DNA from: Octopus vulgaris
Taxonomy: Eukaryota
Length of the DNA: 64,000 nucleotides
Reading direction: 5' to 3'
Assembly (NCBI GenBank): GCA_951406725.2
Contig: OX597842.1
Location: 20,212,001-20,276,000, forward strand
How positions within the stretch are numbered: position 1 is the first letter of the stretch; every line of letters starts with the position of its first letter. The position numbers and the translations under genes were made by a program. Positions 24,887 through 39,801 of this stretch are shown here, in pieces. The notes beneath the pieces are model-generated. The model did not search any database and was not told the origin of the DNA. It saw nothing but the letters and a program-made list of their open reading frames with translations.

Positions 24887-26122
24887 TTTAGGGTAGCAAA
24901 AAATTCTAGAAAAAAATTCTCCGCTACCAGCAGTCAAGTGAGAGAGAAAACATAGTCAATAGACTCTGTAATATACATTCAGGCATATAAGGAATGGTCA
25001 TAATAGGACATCCGACTCACTAGAAAGAGCAGTTAAACTCCAAACCACTAATAGTTGTAATTCTGAAATGGAAAGAGAAATAAAAGGGTAAACGTTTTGG
25101 CGATCTTTCGTCTCTAGTAGACCTTTCCGTCGATTTCCGTAAAAAAAATTTTTTTTTTACATATGGGCTTGCGGGAACTTTTGAAGTAATATACATACAT
25201 ATACACATACACCGAGTACAAAATTTCAGTTATCTCTTTCTTTCACACATTACTCTCTCTGTCTCTTCACACACACTAACAGAAGCACTTCACTTACACG
25301 ACATACTGTCTGTCTCACACACCCCATCAAACACACACACACATGTACATCAATGCTTCGGTAACTTCAAAAGAACTTCCCTCGTCATACAATCGCTTTC
25401 TCTTAGTCTCTTTCGCTCTCATTACTTCAAAAGTTCCCGCAAGCCCATATGTAAAAAAAAATTTTTTACGGAAATCGACGGAAAGGTCTACTAGAGATGA
25501 AAGATCGCCAAAACGTTTACCCTTTTATCTCTCTTTCCATTTCAGAATTACAACTATTAGTGGTTTGGAGTTTAACTGCTCTTTCTAGTGAGTCGGATGT
25601 CCTATTATGGCCATGCCTTATATGTTTGCAATTATATATATATATAAAACTTAGAACTTAGATAGATGTTTCGACCAAGGATTGGTCCAGGCCATGTCTA
25701 ACTTAATAGCACCACCTGATAGGATTATCTAAATCCTGTTTGAGTCAAGTTTTGTTCAAGTAGTGAGTTCTTGTTGGGTGAGTTGTATCCAATTATGGGT
25801 GGCTTATCTGGTATTCTTTGAAGGAATCTATCCAGACTCCGTTTAAAGTTGATGGGATCCTTTTCCTCTTTGATCTCCCTCGGGACAATGTTAAATAGGG
25901 CAGGGCCTGTTGAGGAAAAGAAATTATGTTGCAGTGTATATATATATATATATATATATATATTAATTTATCTCCCTCATTATTTATATATATATATATC
26001 GACTACTTACTTGGACGATGAAACCGTCCAGCACGCTTTTGTACATTGTCGGCAGCTGTCAAGCTTCATAAGTTACGCAGAATACGTGTTATCGCATCTG
26101 GGACGAGTACAGCTGTCGGCTG

Positions 26123-26311
26123 AGTCTATAATTAAGATGATACCTATTTAGTCTATAATTAAGATGATACCTATTTAGTCTATAATTAAGATGATACCTA
26201 TTTAGTCTATAATTAAGATGATACCTATTTAGTCTATAATTAAGATGATACCTATTTAGTCTATAATTAAGATGATACCTATTTAGTCTATAATTAAGAT
26301 GATATCTATTT
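26123..26311. repeat. 27-bp tandem repeat x7
   Basis: (agtctataattaagatgatacctattt)7. Confidence 0.9.
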
Positions 26312-26440
26312 CTTTATTACCCACAAGGGGCTAAACATAGAGGGGACAAACAAGAACAGACATAGGTATTAAGTCGATTACATCGACTCCAGTGCGTAAC
26401 TGGTACTTAATTTATCGACCCCGAAAGGATGATAGGCAGG
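26310..26440 (-). mobile_element. SINE family D fragment (Nin/Deu-domain-like); copies about 58937-59050 and 60755-60895
   Basis: Shared ggtcgactttgcc..tcatcctttcggggtcgat..aataagtacc motif. Domain assignment is from memory. Confidence 0.55.
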
Positions 26441-28189
26441 CACTAGTCGTGAAGACTGGACCCTGTACGCGCATCCGCGCTAGCTAGTCGCCAAAAAATT
26501 ATTTACTTTGTTCGACATAAAAGGTCAGAAGTCTAAACACTTCAGCATCATAAATTTCCCAGAACTAAATAATACCACTTGACATTTGAACTGTACCTAC
26601 TTAATATAGAGTGTAGAATTCACGTACGCATGCTTTTATGTATGTATGCATGCACACACACACACATACACACATTGTGTACGCTCAACCTTAAGGCTAA
26701 CTTTCCACTAAAATTTCCTTCTAAAAATTCTTGTGGCCAAATATTATGTTATCTATTCTCTTTTACTCTTTTACTTCTTTCAGTCATTTGACTGAGGCCA
26801 TGCTGGAGCACCGCCTTCAGTTGAGCAAATCGACCCCTGGACTTATTCTTCGTAAGCACAGTACTTATTCTATCGGTCTCTTTTGCTGAACCACTAAGTT
26901 ACAGGAACATAAACACACCAGCATCGGTTGTCAATCTATGTTGGGGGGACAAACACAGACACACAAACATACACATATATATATATATATATATGACAGG
27001 CTTCTTTCAGTTTCCGTCTACCAAATCCACTCACAAGGCTTTGGTCAACATGGGGCCACTTGCCCAAGGTGTCACACAGTGGGACTGAACCCGGAACCAT
27101 GTGGTTGGTAAACAAGCTACTTACCACACAGCCACTCCTACACCTACATATATACGACAGGCTTCTTTCAGTTTCCGTCTACCAAATCCACTCACAAGGC
27201 TTTGATCGGCCCGAGGCCATAGTAGAAGACACTTGCCCAAGGTGCCACGCAGTGGGACTGAACCCGGAACCATGTGGCTGGTAAACAAGTTACTTACCAC
27301 ACAGCCACCCCTGCACCTATTCGTGTATGTAGTTTTAATTTAGAATGGATCGCTTGAAATAATTAAGAATAAGACTGTTAATTAGCTTATTTTAATTAAG
27401 TAATGTAAACGTTTTATAAAATATATTTATGGTATTTCATTATCGTTATTTCAATCAGTCATCATCATTAATTTTAACAGCTTGAAATAATTAAGAATAA
27501 GATTGTTAATTAGGTTTATTTTGCAGCTTATTTCTTTAAGCGATTTAGGATGGCTGTGTGGTAAGAAGCTTGCATTCCAGCCACATTGGTTCGGTCACAC
27601 TGCGTGGCGCTTAGATCAGGTGTTTGCTACTAAAACCATGGGGCACTCAAAGCCTTGTGAGTGGATTTGGTAGAAAGAAAATGAAAGAAGCCTGTCACGA
27701 GTATATGTGTGTATATACATATATATATAGATATATACAAAATAAGAAAAATCAAAATCAAAAATCAAAATCGATCAACATGAATGGCAATTGTAGCTGT
27801 GATACCAGTGCCGGTGGCACATAAGAGAACCATCCGAACGTGGCTGTTGCCAGCGCCGTCCCGACTGGCCTCTGTGCTGGTGGCACGTAAAAAGCACCAT
27901 CCGATCGTGGCCGTTTGCCAGCCTCGCCTGGCCTCCGTGCCAGTGGCATGCCAGATCGTGGCCGTTTGCCAGCCGCACTTCGCCTCCGTGCCCTCCGTGC
28001 CAGTGGCACGTAAAAAGCACCCACTACACTCACAGAGTGGTTGGCGTTGGGAAGGGCATCCAGCTGTAGAAACATTGCCAGATCAGACTGGGCCTGGTGC
28101 AGCCTTCTGGCTTCCCAGACCCCAGTTGCACCGTCCAACCCATGCCAGCATGGAAAGCGGACGCTAAATGATGATGATGATGAGGAGGA

Positions 28190-28660
28190 GGAATAGATTC
28201 CTTAGAATCATCATCTTACAGATAATACCAATTCATATAATTTATTAACTAATTAAATAGGAACATCCAAATCCAACAGAGTAAAACAGAATAAAACAAT
28301 ATACATCAATGAGATTATACCATAAAAATAATACATATAAAATGGATCTTACAGCTGTTTCAGCCTGTAGATAAGGGTATCTCATTATGCCCATATTAGT
28401 CAGATGTATTGAGGTAATATGCAGTTAAAAATGAGTTACTTATATATATATATCTCAAGGCCTAGGCTGAAACAGCTTTAAGATCCATTTTATGTGTATT
28501 ATTTTTATGGTATTATCTTACTTATAGATGTATATTGTTTTATTCTGTCTTATTCTGTTGGATTTGGATGTTCCTATTTAATTAGTTAATAAATTATATG
28601 AATTGGTATTATCTGGAAGTTGATGATTGAAAGAAATCTATTCCTCCATTTTCTTATTTT
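28190..28660. repeat. Long palindrome (Penelope-like fold-back)
   Basis: ataccaattcatataatttattaactaattaaataggaacatccaaatcc is mirrored at 28560-28612; both arms carry GAAACAGCT(G/T)TAAGATCC. Confidence 0.75.
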
Positions 28661-28825
28661 GTATTATGAATTTCAGGTAAAACATTTTACCTTCGCCCAT
28701 ATAATACAATAAATGAATTGCATTGCAATTCTTAGCATTTTCTGGGTACTTTACTGGCAGTATATTGGATAAATGATATCCCATAGTGGGTTACACTCAT
28801 AACCCCTATCTCACTCTGTACTATA

Positions 28826-29217
28826 TCTTTATATATAAAAGAGAGGTTGTGTGCTGTCTGTCTCCTATGATTTAGATTCCTAACTACTCCCACATTTTGC
28901 GGTGCAGTTTAACCAAAACCGGGTATCTTATAGTCATGATTCATATCAAGCCCTTCTGGGTATTAGCACGCGTCCACGATTTAAAAAAAAATTTACCATC
29001 ATTTTTTTCCATTTTAATGCATTTTTTTCGCTATTATATAAGGGAAGTAACTCTCTAAAAATGTCTACGATGAGTCAACGATTTAAAAAAAAATTTACCA
29101 TCATTTTTTTTCCATTTTTAATGCATTTTTTGGCTATTTTTTTGGCTATAACTCTCTAAAAATGCTTATATAGTTATTTCCCTTACAAACCCGAGCAACG
29201 CCAGGCGATACTGCTAG
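28826..29217 (+). mobile_element. Non-autonomous Helitron
   Basis: a|TCtttatatataaaa ... cccgagcaacgccaggcgatactgCTAG|t. Confidence 0.75.
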
Positions 29218-32200
29218 TATATATATATATATATTTACACGATAGGCTCTTTTCAGTTTCTATGTGTGTGTGTGTGTTTATCTTTGGTCTCTGTTTAATC
29301 ATCCTGTCCCCACTTGTCAGCAGGTGTTGATGTGATAAGGTCCCCCTAATTTAGTGTTTCGGCAAAAAGATATCAATACAATTAGTTCTAGGCTTAAAAA
29401 TAAGTCCTGGGGTCAATTTGTTTGACTAAATCGCTTTGAGATGACGCTCCAGCATGGCCACAGTCAAATTGCTGAAAGACGTAAAGGCATATCTACACAA
29501 GTTGTGGTGCACCTGAGCACTGTATACAATAATTTCATTATATTTAAGTGCACCCCCCCCCCATGTCCATACACCTTTCTTTCCTCATATCGTCCAGAAA
29601 AATGAATATTCTTTTAAAGGAAATTTGCAACAAATATGCTTCAGATGTTGTAGATTACAATTATATTGAAATCTATTCTAAAAAAAAAAAAAAAATTGAT
29701 GGGCACAGGAGTGGCTGTGTGGTAAGTAGCTTGCTTACTAACCACATGGTTCCGGGTTCAGTCCCACTGCATGGCATCTTGGGCAAGTGTCTTCTGCTAT
29801 AGCCTCGGGCCGACCAATGCCTTGTGAGTGGATTTGGTAGACGGAAACTGAAAGAAGCCTGTCGTATATATGTGTGTGTTTGTGTGTCTGTGTTTGTCCC
29901 CCTAGCATTGCTTGACAACCGATGCTGGTGTGTTTACATCCCCGTAACTTAGCAGTTCGGCAAAAGAGACCGATAGAATAAGTACTGGGCTTACAAAGAA
30001 TAACTCCTGGGGTCGATTTGCTTGATTAAAGGCGGTGCTCCAGCATGGTCGCAGTCAAATGACTGAAACAAGTAAAAGAGTAAAAAGAGTAAACCTAGCG
30101 GTTCGGCATAAGAGACCGATAGAATAAGTACTGGGCTTACAAAGAATAAGTCCTGGGGTTGATTTGCTCGATTAAAGGCGGTGCTCCAGCATGGCCGCAG
30201 TCAAATGACTGAAACAAGCAAAAGAGAAAGAGATGGGTTTGCACACACACACACACACACATACTGACAGATAACATTTTTCTATCAAAATTTCAAGTTT
30301 CAATTCACGATGTGTATGTAATTAAGTATGTGTGTGAGCCCACAAATTTTGTTTACATATTAAATTCTGGTATAATCGTCACCTTCACAATCCGAATAAT
30401 ATTTGTAGAAAATTCCACTAAAGAAATATCCATTTTTCCAAAAATTATGAGGAAATAAAACCAACTGATGTGAATTTTCCAAAACTTTTCACCCAACCCT
30501 CGGAAAACTTTTTCACAACAAATTCCAATACATCCATTAATATCCATTTGTCAGAAAGTTATGAGTAAAGAAAGGTTTGTGATTTAAGGGAGATCTGCCT
30601 GTTGTTTCTAACACATCCCACAACCACCTTTCTTGTTTCTTCCTCACTCTAACATGTATTCATGTTTTTCAATATTTTTGTCCCCATCAAAGCATTTATG
30701 CTGTTAAAACAAATTGGTTTTAAAATTTGATTTTTGGTAGAATTCTGGTTTAAGAACCCCATATAACCCCTCATAACCTTTTTTAACTTTTTGGAATAAA
30801 AAAAAAAAATTCAGTACATTTTCAGTAAAATATTCAAAACTAAAGTTTTTCAATTTTATATTTCAGCTTATGTAGAGAAACTAAGTTCCTTTTGTTGCTT
30901 GTATTTCCCAGTTGATTCTTGAAAATTTCCATTGCATCAAGCCATATGTACAAGGTATGTTGGAATAAAAGAGATTTTGCTGTAAATGTTTGTAGTGGAT
31001 CTTGCTAGCATGAAGTGGATTCGATCCACCATAGCCGAATTTAAATTAACACTGCAACAAAACTTTTCCCATGGTGGAACAATGGTTTTTTTTTCTCTGA
31101 CAGCAGTTTTACATTTTCCAGATGCCTTTAGCTAGGCCGAAATAATGTCTTCACTACTTGACCCTTTCTAACCTTTTCTACTTCACCAAAAGCTAGAATA
31201 GAGATAACAAAACCACCAACTAAATCTATGATATATCTATCCTTCTGGTTAGTTATAAAAGCAAGAACACCCCAAGCAAAAATCAGTAAGTCAACTCCTG
31301 TGATAACTCAACAAGTTCAGTCACTTCGGTGATGACTCACCAAGTTAGCCACTACAATGATAACTCAGTGAGAACAAAGTCTGGCTGACCAGCTAGAACC
31401 TTGTTCAGAGGGAGAAATGAAGTTTACTGTCAGCAACTGCGAGACAACGTCCCACACCTTACAACTCTCTCTAGCTCTAATTCTGTTCTCTTACAACATC
31501 ATTCTATCTCTCTCTCTGGAATTACTACTAAACAATGAAGAGGATACAAACACAAACTTTACTTCGCATGCTTTTGGATTTTTCAAAACCTGCCCGTCGA
31601 TGCAAGTTATTGGTAATGTAACAATAAATAAATATTTCCTTAAAACTTCATGCCTTGTTCCTCTTTGACATCCTACAGTATGCAATTATAACAACAAATT
31701 TTCATCGTCACAAATGCTGACAATTGACACATCGTAATATTGTTTACTAATCAATTTCTACCGTTACAATTACTGACCCTCAACTTCAACTAAAAATTTT
31801 ATCGTTACAAATAGTCTAATAAAAATATACCCGTTACAACTTGTGGCCCCGAACAAGAGCATTGTAGCCTTCACAAAGATTAACTGCAAGCCAGCGCTGG
31901 CCTCGACTGGCTTCCGTGCCGGTATCACGTAAAATACACCAATCCGACCGTGGCCGTTGCCAGCCTCGCCTGGCACCTGTGCAGGTGGCATGTAAAAAGC
32001 ACCCACTGCACTCACGGAGTGGTTGGCATTAGGAAGGGCATCCAGCTGTAGAAACATTGCCAGATAAGACTGGAGCCTGGTGCAGCCTTCTGGCTTCCCA
32101 GATCCCCGGTCGAACCGTCCAACCCATGCTAGCATGGAGAACGGATGTTAAACGATGATGATGATGATGATGATGATGAAACTGGCGAGCCCGTGGAAAA

Positions 32201-32748
32201 AGATTGGCTGCCTTCTGAACCTATGTTACCAACAATTTGGTGAACCCGTGTAAAGAGAAATAATACCTTTTCATGCTAGATGCTGATTCGAATTAAAGAA
32301 CTGGACCATCTACAGTCGCTAAACCAAAGGAAAATGAATGACAACCTTCGACACCACCATGATGCACCCTCCATCGATCTGCTACAGGAAGCACTATTCT
32401 GCAATGCAATCTACGATGCACTTCGCTGCAATGCAACACAGCCGACGCACAAGGTATTCGCTTACATGCCAAGAAACTAACTGGAAGAAAATATGGAAGC
32501 CCGCACATGCAACCTTTTCAGCACACACACGCTTTTCGTCTCATCCTGATGTACAAACCCTGCATGGTTTGTGAACTTTTGCATGGACGTAAGTCTCTCA
32601 CATAGACTTTCAGCAACTCTTTTTATTTGCATGCACATCTATTCACTTTCAGCTGTAGACAAAGGACACTATTTTCAGCTAAGTTTGTTATTTTTGCTTA
32701 TTTTATTATTGTTCTGTTTGCACTGCACACTTTCATTTGTTTACGAGT

Positions 32749-35140
32749 TACACATATTCCACGATGCACACATTCCGATATGCACATATTCCACGAAGCA
32801 CATTCTGCGATGAACATATTCCCTGATGCACATATTCCACAATACATATATTCCACGTTGCACATATTCCATGAAGTGCATTCCACGATGCACATATTCC
32901 ACAAAGCACATTCCCCGATGCACATATTCCACGAAGCACATTCTGCGATGCATATATTCCACAAAGCACATTCCCCGATGCACATATTCCACGATGCACA
33001 TATTCCACGAAGCACATTCTGTGATGCATATATTCCACAAAGCACATTCCCCGATGCACATATTCCACGATGCACATATTCCACAAAGCACATTCTGCGA
33101 TGCATATATTCCACGAAGCACATTCTGTGATGCATATATTCCACGAAGCACATTCTGTGATGCATATATTCCACAAAGCACATTCCCCCGATGCACATAT
33201 TCCATGAAGCACATTCTGTGATGCATATATTCCACAAAGCACATTCCCCCGATGCACATATTCCACGAAGCACATTCTGTGATGCATATATTCCACAAAG
33301 CACATTCCCCGATGCACATATTCCACGAAGCACATTCTGTGATGCATATATTCCACAAAGCACATTCCCCCGATGCACATATTCCACGAAGTACATTCTG
33401 TGATGCATATATTCCACAAAGCACATTCCCCGATGCACATATTCCACGATGCACATATTCCACGAAGCACATTCTGCGATGCATATATTCCACGAAGCAC
33501 ATTCCCCCGATGCACATATTCCACGAAGTACATTCTGTGATGCATATATTCCACAAAGCACATTCCCCGATGCACATATTCCACAATACATATATTCCAC
33601 AAAGCACATTCTGCGATGCATATATTCCACGAAGCACATTCTGTGATGCATATATTCCACGAAGCACATTCTGTGATGCATATATTCCACAAAGCACATT
33701 CCCCCGATGCACATATTCCATGAAGCACATTCTGCGATGCACATATTCCCTGATGCACATATTCCACAATACATATATTCCACAAAGCACATTCTGTGAT
33801 GCACATATTCCACGAAGTGCATTCCCCGATGCACATATTCCACGAAGCACATTCTGTGGTGCATATATTCCACAAAGCACATTCCACGATGCACATATTC
33901 CACGATGCACATATTCCCTGATGCACATATTCCGCAATACATATATTCCACGTTGCACATATTCCACGAAGCGCATTCCACGATGCACATATTCCACAAA
34001 GCACATTCCCTGATGCACATATTCCACAATACATATATTCCACAAAGCATATTCCGCGATGCACATATTCCACAATACATATATTCCACAAAGCACATTC
34101 TGTGATGCACATATTCCACGAAGTGCATTTCCCGATGCACATATTCCACGAAGCACATTCTGTGATGCATATATTCCACAAAGCACATTCCACGATGCAC
34201 ATATTCCACGATGCACATATTCCCTGATGCACATATTCCGCAATACATATATTCCACGTTGCACATATTCCACGAAGCGCATTCCACGACGCACATATTC
34301 CACAAAGCACATTCCCTGATGCACATATTCCACAATACATATATTCCACGTTGCACATATTCCGCGATGCACATATTCCACAATACATATATTCCACAAA
34401 GCACATTCTGTGATGCACATATTCCACGAAGTGCATTCCCCGATGCACATATTCCACGAAGCACATTCGGTGATGCATATATTCCACAAAGCACATTCCA
34501 CGATGCACATATTCCACGATGCACATATTCCCTGATGCACATATTCCGCAATACATATATTCCACGTTGCACATATTCCACGAAGCGCATTCCACGATGC
34601 ACATATTCCACAAAGCACATTCCCTGAGGCACATATTCTACAATACATATATTCCACGTTGCACATATTCCGCGATGCACATATTCCACAATACATATAT
34701 TCCACAAAGCACATTCTGTGATGCACATATTCCACGAAGTGCATTCCCCGATGCACAAATTCCACGAAGCACATTCTGTGATGCATATATTCCACAAAGC
34801 ACATTCCACGATGCACATTCCACGATGCACATATTCCCTGATGCACATATTCCGCAATACATATATTCCACGTTGCACATATTCCACGAAGCGCATTCCA
34901 CGATGCACATATTCCACAAAGCACATTCCCTGATGCACATATTCCACAATACATATATTCCACGTTGCACATATTCCGCGATGCACATATTCCACAATAC
35001 ATATATTCCACAAAGCACATTCTGTGATGCACATATTCCGCGTTGCACACATTCCACGTTACACATATTCCACGAAGCACATTCCACAAAGCACATACTG
35101 TGTTGCACACATTCCACGAAGCACATTCCACGTTGCACAA
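32749..35140. repeat. 2.4-kb complex minisatellite of 15/17-bp units (gcacatattccacga / gcacattc) with ~306-308-bp higher-order repeats
   Basis: Directly visible tandem structure; it explains the long Cys/His-rich ORFs. Confidence 0.95.
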
Positions 35141-35277
35141 ATTATTCGACGATTCGTTTCACTATAGCAGCTAAATCCATTTGCATATCTTTTTGAATGT
35201 TCCTTATTATTATTATTCATATTTTGAATGTACATTTTTTTTTGTTCACTTTGAAAATGTTTGTATTGTTGCATAGA

Positions 35278-35462
35278 CACACGCATGCACCTTTCTTCAC
35301 AGCCTTGCGCATGCATCTGCACACTTGATTCATACACACACGCATGCACCTTTCTTCACAGCCTTGCGCATGCATCTGCACACTTGATTCATACACACAC
35401 GCATGCACCTTTCTTCACAGCCTTGCGCATGCATCTGCACTCTTGATTCATACACACACACA
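35278..35462. repeat. ~60-bp tandem repeat x3
   Basis: acacgcatgcacctttcttcacagccttgcgcatgcatctgcacacttgattcatac repeated. Confidence 0.9.
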
Positions 35463-35649
35463 TGCTATCTCTGCCACATTCATGCTCTACACATGCCTTT
35501 CTCTCTAACGGGAAATAAATATCTCCTTAAAACTTCATGCATTTTTCCTCTTTTACATCCTGCATTATGCAATTATAACAACAAATTTTTATCGTCAGAA
35601 CTACTGACGATCGACACATCATAATATTGCATGCCTGATCAATTTCTAC

Positions 35650-37800
35650 CATTAAAAACAAATTGGTTTGAAAATTTGATTTTTGGTGGAATTCTCGTTT
35701 AAGAACCCCATATGACCCCTCATAACCTTTTTTAGCTTTTTGGAATTTAAAAATAAATTCAGCACATTTTCAGTGAAATATTCAAAAATATAGTTTTTTA
35801 AATTTTATATTTCAGCTTATGTAGAGAAACTAAGTTCCTTTTCTTGCTTGTATTTCAATATTTTTATCCCCATAAAAACATTTATGCTATTAAAACAAAT
35901 TGGTTTGAAAATTTGATTTTTTGTGGAATTCTTGTTTAAGTACCCCATATGACCCCTCATAACCTTTTTTAACTTTTTGGAATTTAAAAATAAATTCAGC
36001 ACATTTTCAGTGAAATATTCAAAAATATAGTTTTTTAATTTTATATTTCAGCTTATGTAGAGAAACTAAGTTCCTTTTCTTGCTTGTATTTCAATATTTT
36101 TATCCCCATAAAAACATTTATGCTATTAAAACAAATTGGTTTGAAAATTTGATTTTTGGTGGAATTCTGGTTTAAGAACCCCATATGACCCCTCATAACC
36201 TTTTCTAACTTTTTGGAATTTAAAAAAAAATTCAGCACATTTCCAGTGAAATATTCAAAAATATAGTTTTTTAATTTTATATTTCAGCTTATGTAGAGAA
36301 ACTAAGTTCCTTTTCTTGTTTGTATTTTCCAGTTGGTTCTAACATGTATTCATCATCATCATCATCATCGTTTAGCGTCCGCTTTCCATGCTAGCATGGG
36401 TTGGACGGTTCAACTGGGCTCTGGGAAGCCAGAAGGCTGCACCAGGCCCAGTCTGATCTGGCAATGTTCTACGGCTGGATGCCCTTCCTAACACCAACCA
36501 CTCCATGAGTGTAGTGGGTGCTTTTTACATGTCACCGGCACAGGTGCCAGGGGAGGCTGGCAAACGGCCACGATCGGATGGTGCTTTTTATGTGCCGTCC
36601 CCATAAAAACATTTATGCTATTAAAAAAAATTGGTTTGAAAATTTGATTTTTTGTGGAATTCTTGTTTAAGAACCCCATATAACCCCTCATAACATTTTC
36701 TAACTTTTTGGAATTTAAAAAAAAATTCAGTACATTTTCAGTGAAATATTCAAAAATATAGTTTTTTAATTTTGTATTTCAGCTTATGTACAGAAACTAA
36801 GTTCCTTTTCTTGCTTGTATTTCAATATTTTTATCCCCATAAAAACATTTATGCTATTAAAACAAATTGGTTTTAAAATTTGATTTTTGGTGGAATTCTC
36901 GTTTAAGAACCCCATATGACCCCTCATAACCTTTTTTAACATTTTGGAATTTAAACATAAATTCAGTACATTTCCAGTGAAATATTCAAAAATATAGTTT
37001 TTTAATTCTGTATTTCAGCTTATGTACAGAAACTAAGTTCCTTTTCTTGCTTGTATTTCAATATTTTTATCCCCATAAAAGCATTTATGCTATTAAAACA
37101 AATTGGTTTGAAAATTTGATTTTTGGTGGAATTCTGGTTTAAGAACCCCATATGACCCCTCATAACCTTTTCTAACTTTTTGGAATTTAAAAAAAAATTC
37201 AGTACATTTCAAGTGAAATATTCAAAAATATAGTTTTTTAACTTTATATTTCAGCTTATGTAGAGAAACTAAGTTCCTTTTCTTGTTTGTATTTCCCAGT
37301 TGGTTCTAACATGTATTCATCATCATCATCATCGTTTAGCGTCCGCTTTCCATGCTAGCATGGGTTGGACGGTTCAACTGGGGTCTGGGAAGCCAGAAGG
37401 CTGCACCAGACCCAGTCTGATCTGGCAATGTTTCTATGGCTGGATGCCCTTCCTAATGCCAACCACTCTGTGAGTGTAGTGGGTGCTTTTTACGTGTCAC
37501 CGGCACAGGTGCCAGACGAGGCTGGCAAACGATCACAATCAGATGATGCTTTTTATGTGCCATCCCCATAAAAACATTTATGCTATTAAAAAAAATTGGT
37601 TTGAAAATTTGATTTTTTGTGGAATTCTCGTTTAAGAACCCCATATAACCCCTCATAACCTTTTCTAACTTTTTGGAATTTAAAAAAAAATTCAGTACAT
37701 TTTCAGTAAAATATTCAAAAATATAGTTTTTTAATTTTATATTTCAGCTTATGTAGAGAAACTAATTTCCTTTTCTTGCTTGTATTTCCCAGTTGGTTCT
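35650..37800. repeat. ~236-bp AT-rich tandem repeat (about 7 units) with a co-duplicated SINE
   Basis: Unit aaaacaaattggtttgaaaatttgatttt...cagcttatgtagagaaactaagttcc. SINE C sits at the equivalent position at 36350 and 37318. Confidence 0.85.
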
Positions 37801-39708
37801 AACATGTATGGTTTTTCAATCATCACCTTCACAATCCGAATGATATTTGTAGAAAATTCCACTAAAGAAATATCCATTTTTCCAAAAGTTATGAGGAAAT
37901 AAAGCCAACTGATGTGAATTTTCCAAAACTTTTCACTCCACCCTCGGAAAACTTTTTCACATCAAATTCCGATATATCCATTAATATCCATTTGTCAGAA
38001 AGTTATGAGTAAAGGAAGGTGTGTGATTTAAGGGAGATCTGCCTGTTGTTTCTAACACATCCCACAACCACCTTTCTTGTTTCTTCCTCATTCTAACATG
38101 TATTCATGTTTTTCAATATTTTTGTCCCCATAAAAACATTTATGCTATTTAAAAAAACTGGTTTGAAAATTTGATTTTTGGTGGAATTCTCGTTTAAGTA
38201 CCCCATATAACCCCTCATAACCTTTTTACTTTTTAAATTTTAAAAAAATTCAGTACATTTTCAGTAAAATTCTAAAAAATAATATCTTTTATTTTTTTCT
38301 TTCAGAAACTAAGTTCTTTTCGTTGTTTGTATTTCCCAGTTGGTTTTTGAAACTTCCCATTGCATCAAGCCACAACTATAAGGTATGTCCAAATAGAAGA
38401 GATTCTGTTGTAAATATTGGATTGTATAGTCATAAAAACACAAGATATATATATGAGGGAGATTTAGCTGTTGTGTCTTGCACATCACACAGACTTTCAC
38501 AGAATTACATGTAGACATAGATTAAAGAACAAACAAAATGTGAAAACTAATTCCTTATTTTAAGCATTAAAAATGTAAATTCAGGACTCTATCAATATCT
38601 GTAACTTACTGCAAACTCATTAGGAGATGTGGAGAGAGAGAGAGACAACCCAAAGCAAAACGACCAAGGAGCCGCCGGTTGCCGAAACAGACACTCCGAG
38701 GATTTTCACCAGAGCCCCGTCTGCCGGGTTGTGGGCCTAATACCACTCGGTGTCAGACCAAACTGCCTTGGGTGGCCCTACCAGGAACCAAAGTTCCCGA
38801 CAGCATAGCTCTGACACTACCCGTTGCCAGTGTCCCCACCACGGTGAGGAGGGGATGGACTTCGGGGACGCATGATTTTTGAATGCAACATGAGTTATGG
38901 TGCTTGAGTGCATTGAACTAGAATGAGGGTTGTCATTCAAAAGTCCAAGAAAAAAACAAAGTTTGTAAATGCGAGGAAATACCATGGAGTTTCAGGGAAC
39001 CTGACATGATCTGTAACTGTTGGATTTTCAGAAAAACTATACAAGAAGGTGCAGGAGTGGCTGTGTGGTAAGTAGCTTGCTTACCAACCACATGGTTCCG
39101 GGTTCAGTCCCACTGCGTGGAATCTTGGGCAAGTGTCTTCTGCTATAGCCCCGGGCCGACCAATGCCTTGTGAGTGGATTTGGTAGACGGAAACTGAAAG
39201 AAGCCTTTCATATATATGTATATATATATATGTATGTGTGTGTCTGTGTTTGTCCCCCTAGCATTGCTTCACAACCGATGCTGGTATGTTTACGTCCCCG
39301 TCACTTAGCGGTTCGGCAAAATAGACCGATAGAATAAGTACTGGGCTTACAAAGAATAAGTCCCAGGTTCGATTTGCTCGACTAAAGGTGGTGCTCCAGC
39401 ATGGCCGCAGTCAAATGACTGAAACAAGTAAAAGAGTAAAGAGTAAGAAGAATGTTCACAGTTAGAAGTTTCAAATGATTTAGAATTTTCTTCAGAAAAC
39501 GTTTATTTTGACGTGAAAATGCTGTAGCAAAAAGTGTTTGTGCAAGTTCAAACTGCACTTGTCTCTACTGTACAGCGTTCTGTAGTATTCGAAATAGTTA
39601 AGAATAAGATCTCCAATGCCACAGGCTCGACCACAAATCTATTAAAGAGTGACTGATGATATTGTGACTGTTTGTTTTTCTCAGCCTGACCAGCCTCGGA
39701 CCCTGGGC

Positions 39709-39714
39709 TATAAA
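39709..39714 (+). promoter_or_regulatory. Possible TATA box of gene B (alternatively the AG at 39751-39752 is an acceptor after a non-coding exon)
   Basis: TATAAA 47 nt upstream of the ATG; weak evidence in AT-rich DNA. Confidence 0.25.
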
Positions 39715-39755
39715 CTTTGTTATTTTGCAGCTTTTCAAAATTATTTTTTCAGATC

Positions 39756-39801
39756 ATGGCTAAATGGATCTTGTTCTGCTGTTTGTTTGTAACATTTGAC
39801 C
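39756..39801 (+). CDS. Gene B exon 1: signal peptide
   Basis: ATC ATG G start context; MAKWILFCCLFVTFD + C, then donor GTAAGT at 39802 (phase 1). Splices in frame to the microexon giving MAKWILFCCLFVTFDHLSRA|QKY, a plausible cleavage site after S-R-A. Confidence 0.8.

Noticed and set aside
32627-35196. Long Cys/His/Met-rich ORFs (up to 799 aa) on both strands
   Set aside because: All three minus frames are open because the minisatellite unit lacks stop triplets; frames interconvert and no unique coding flank is present.
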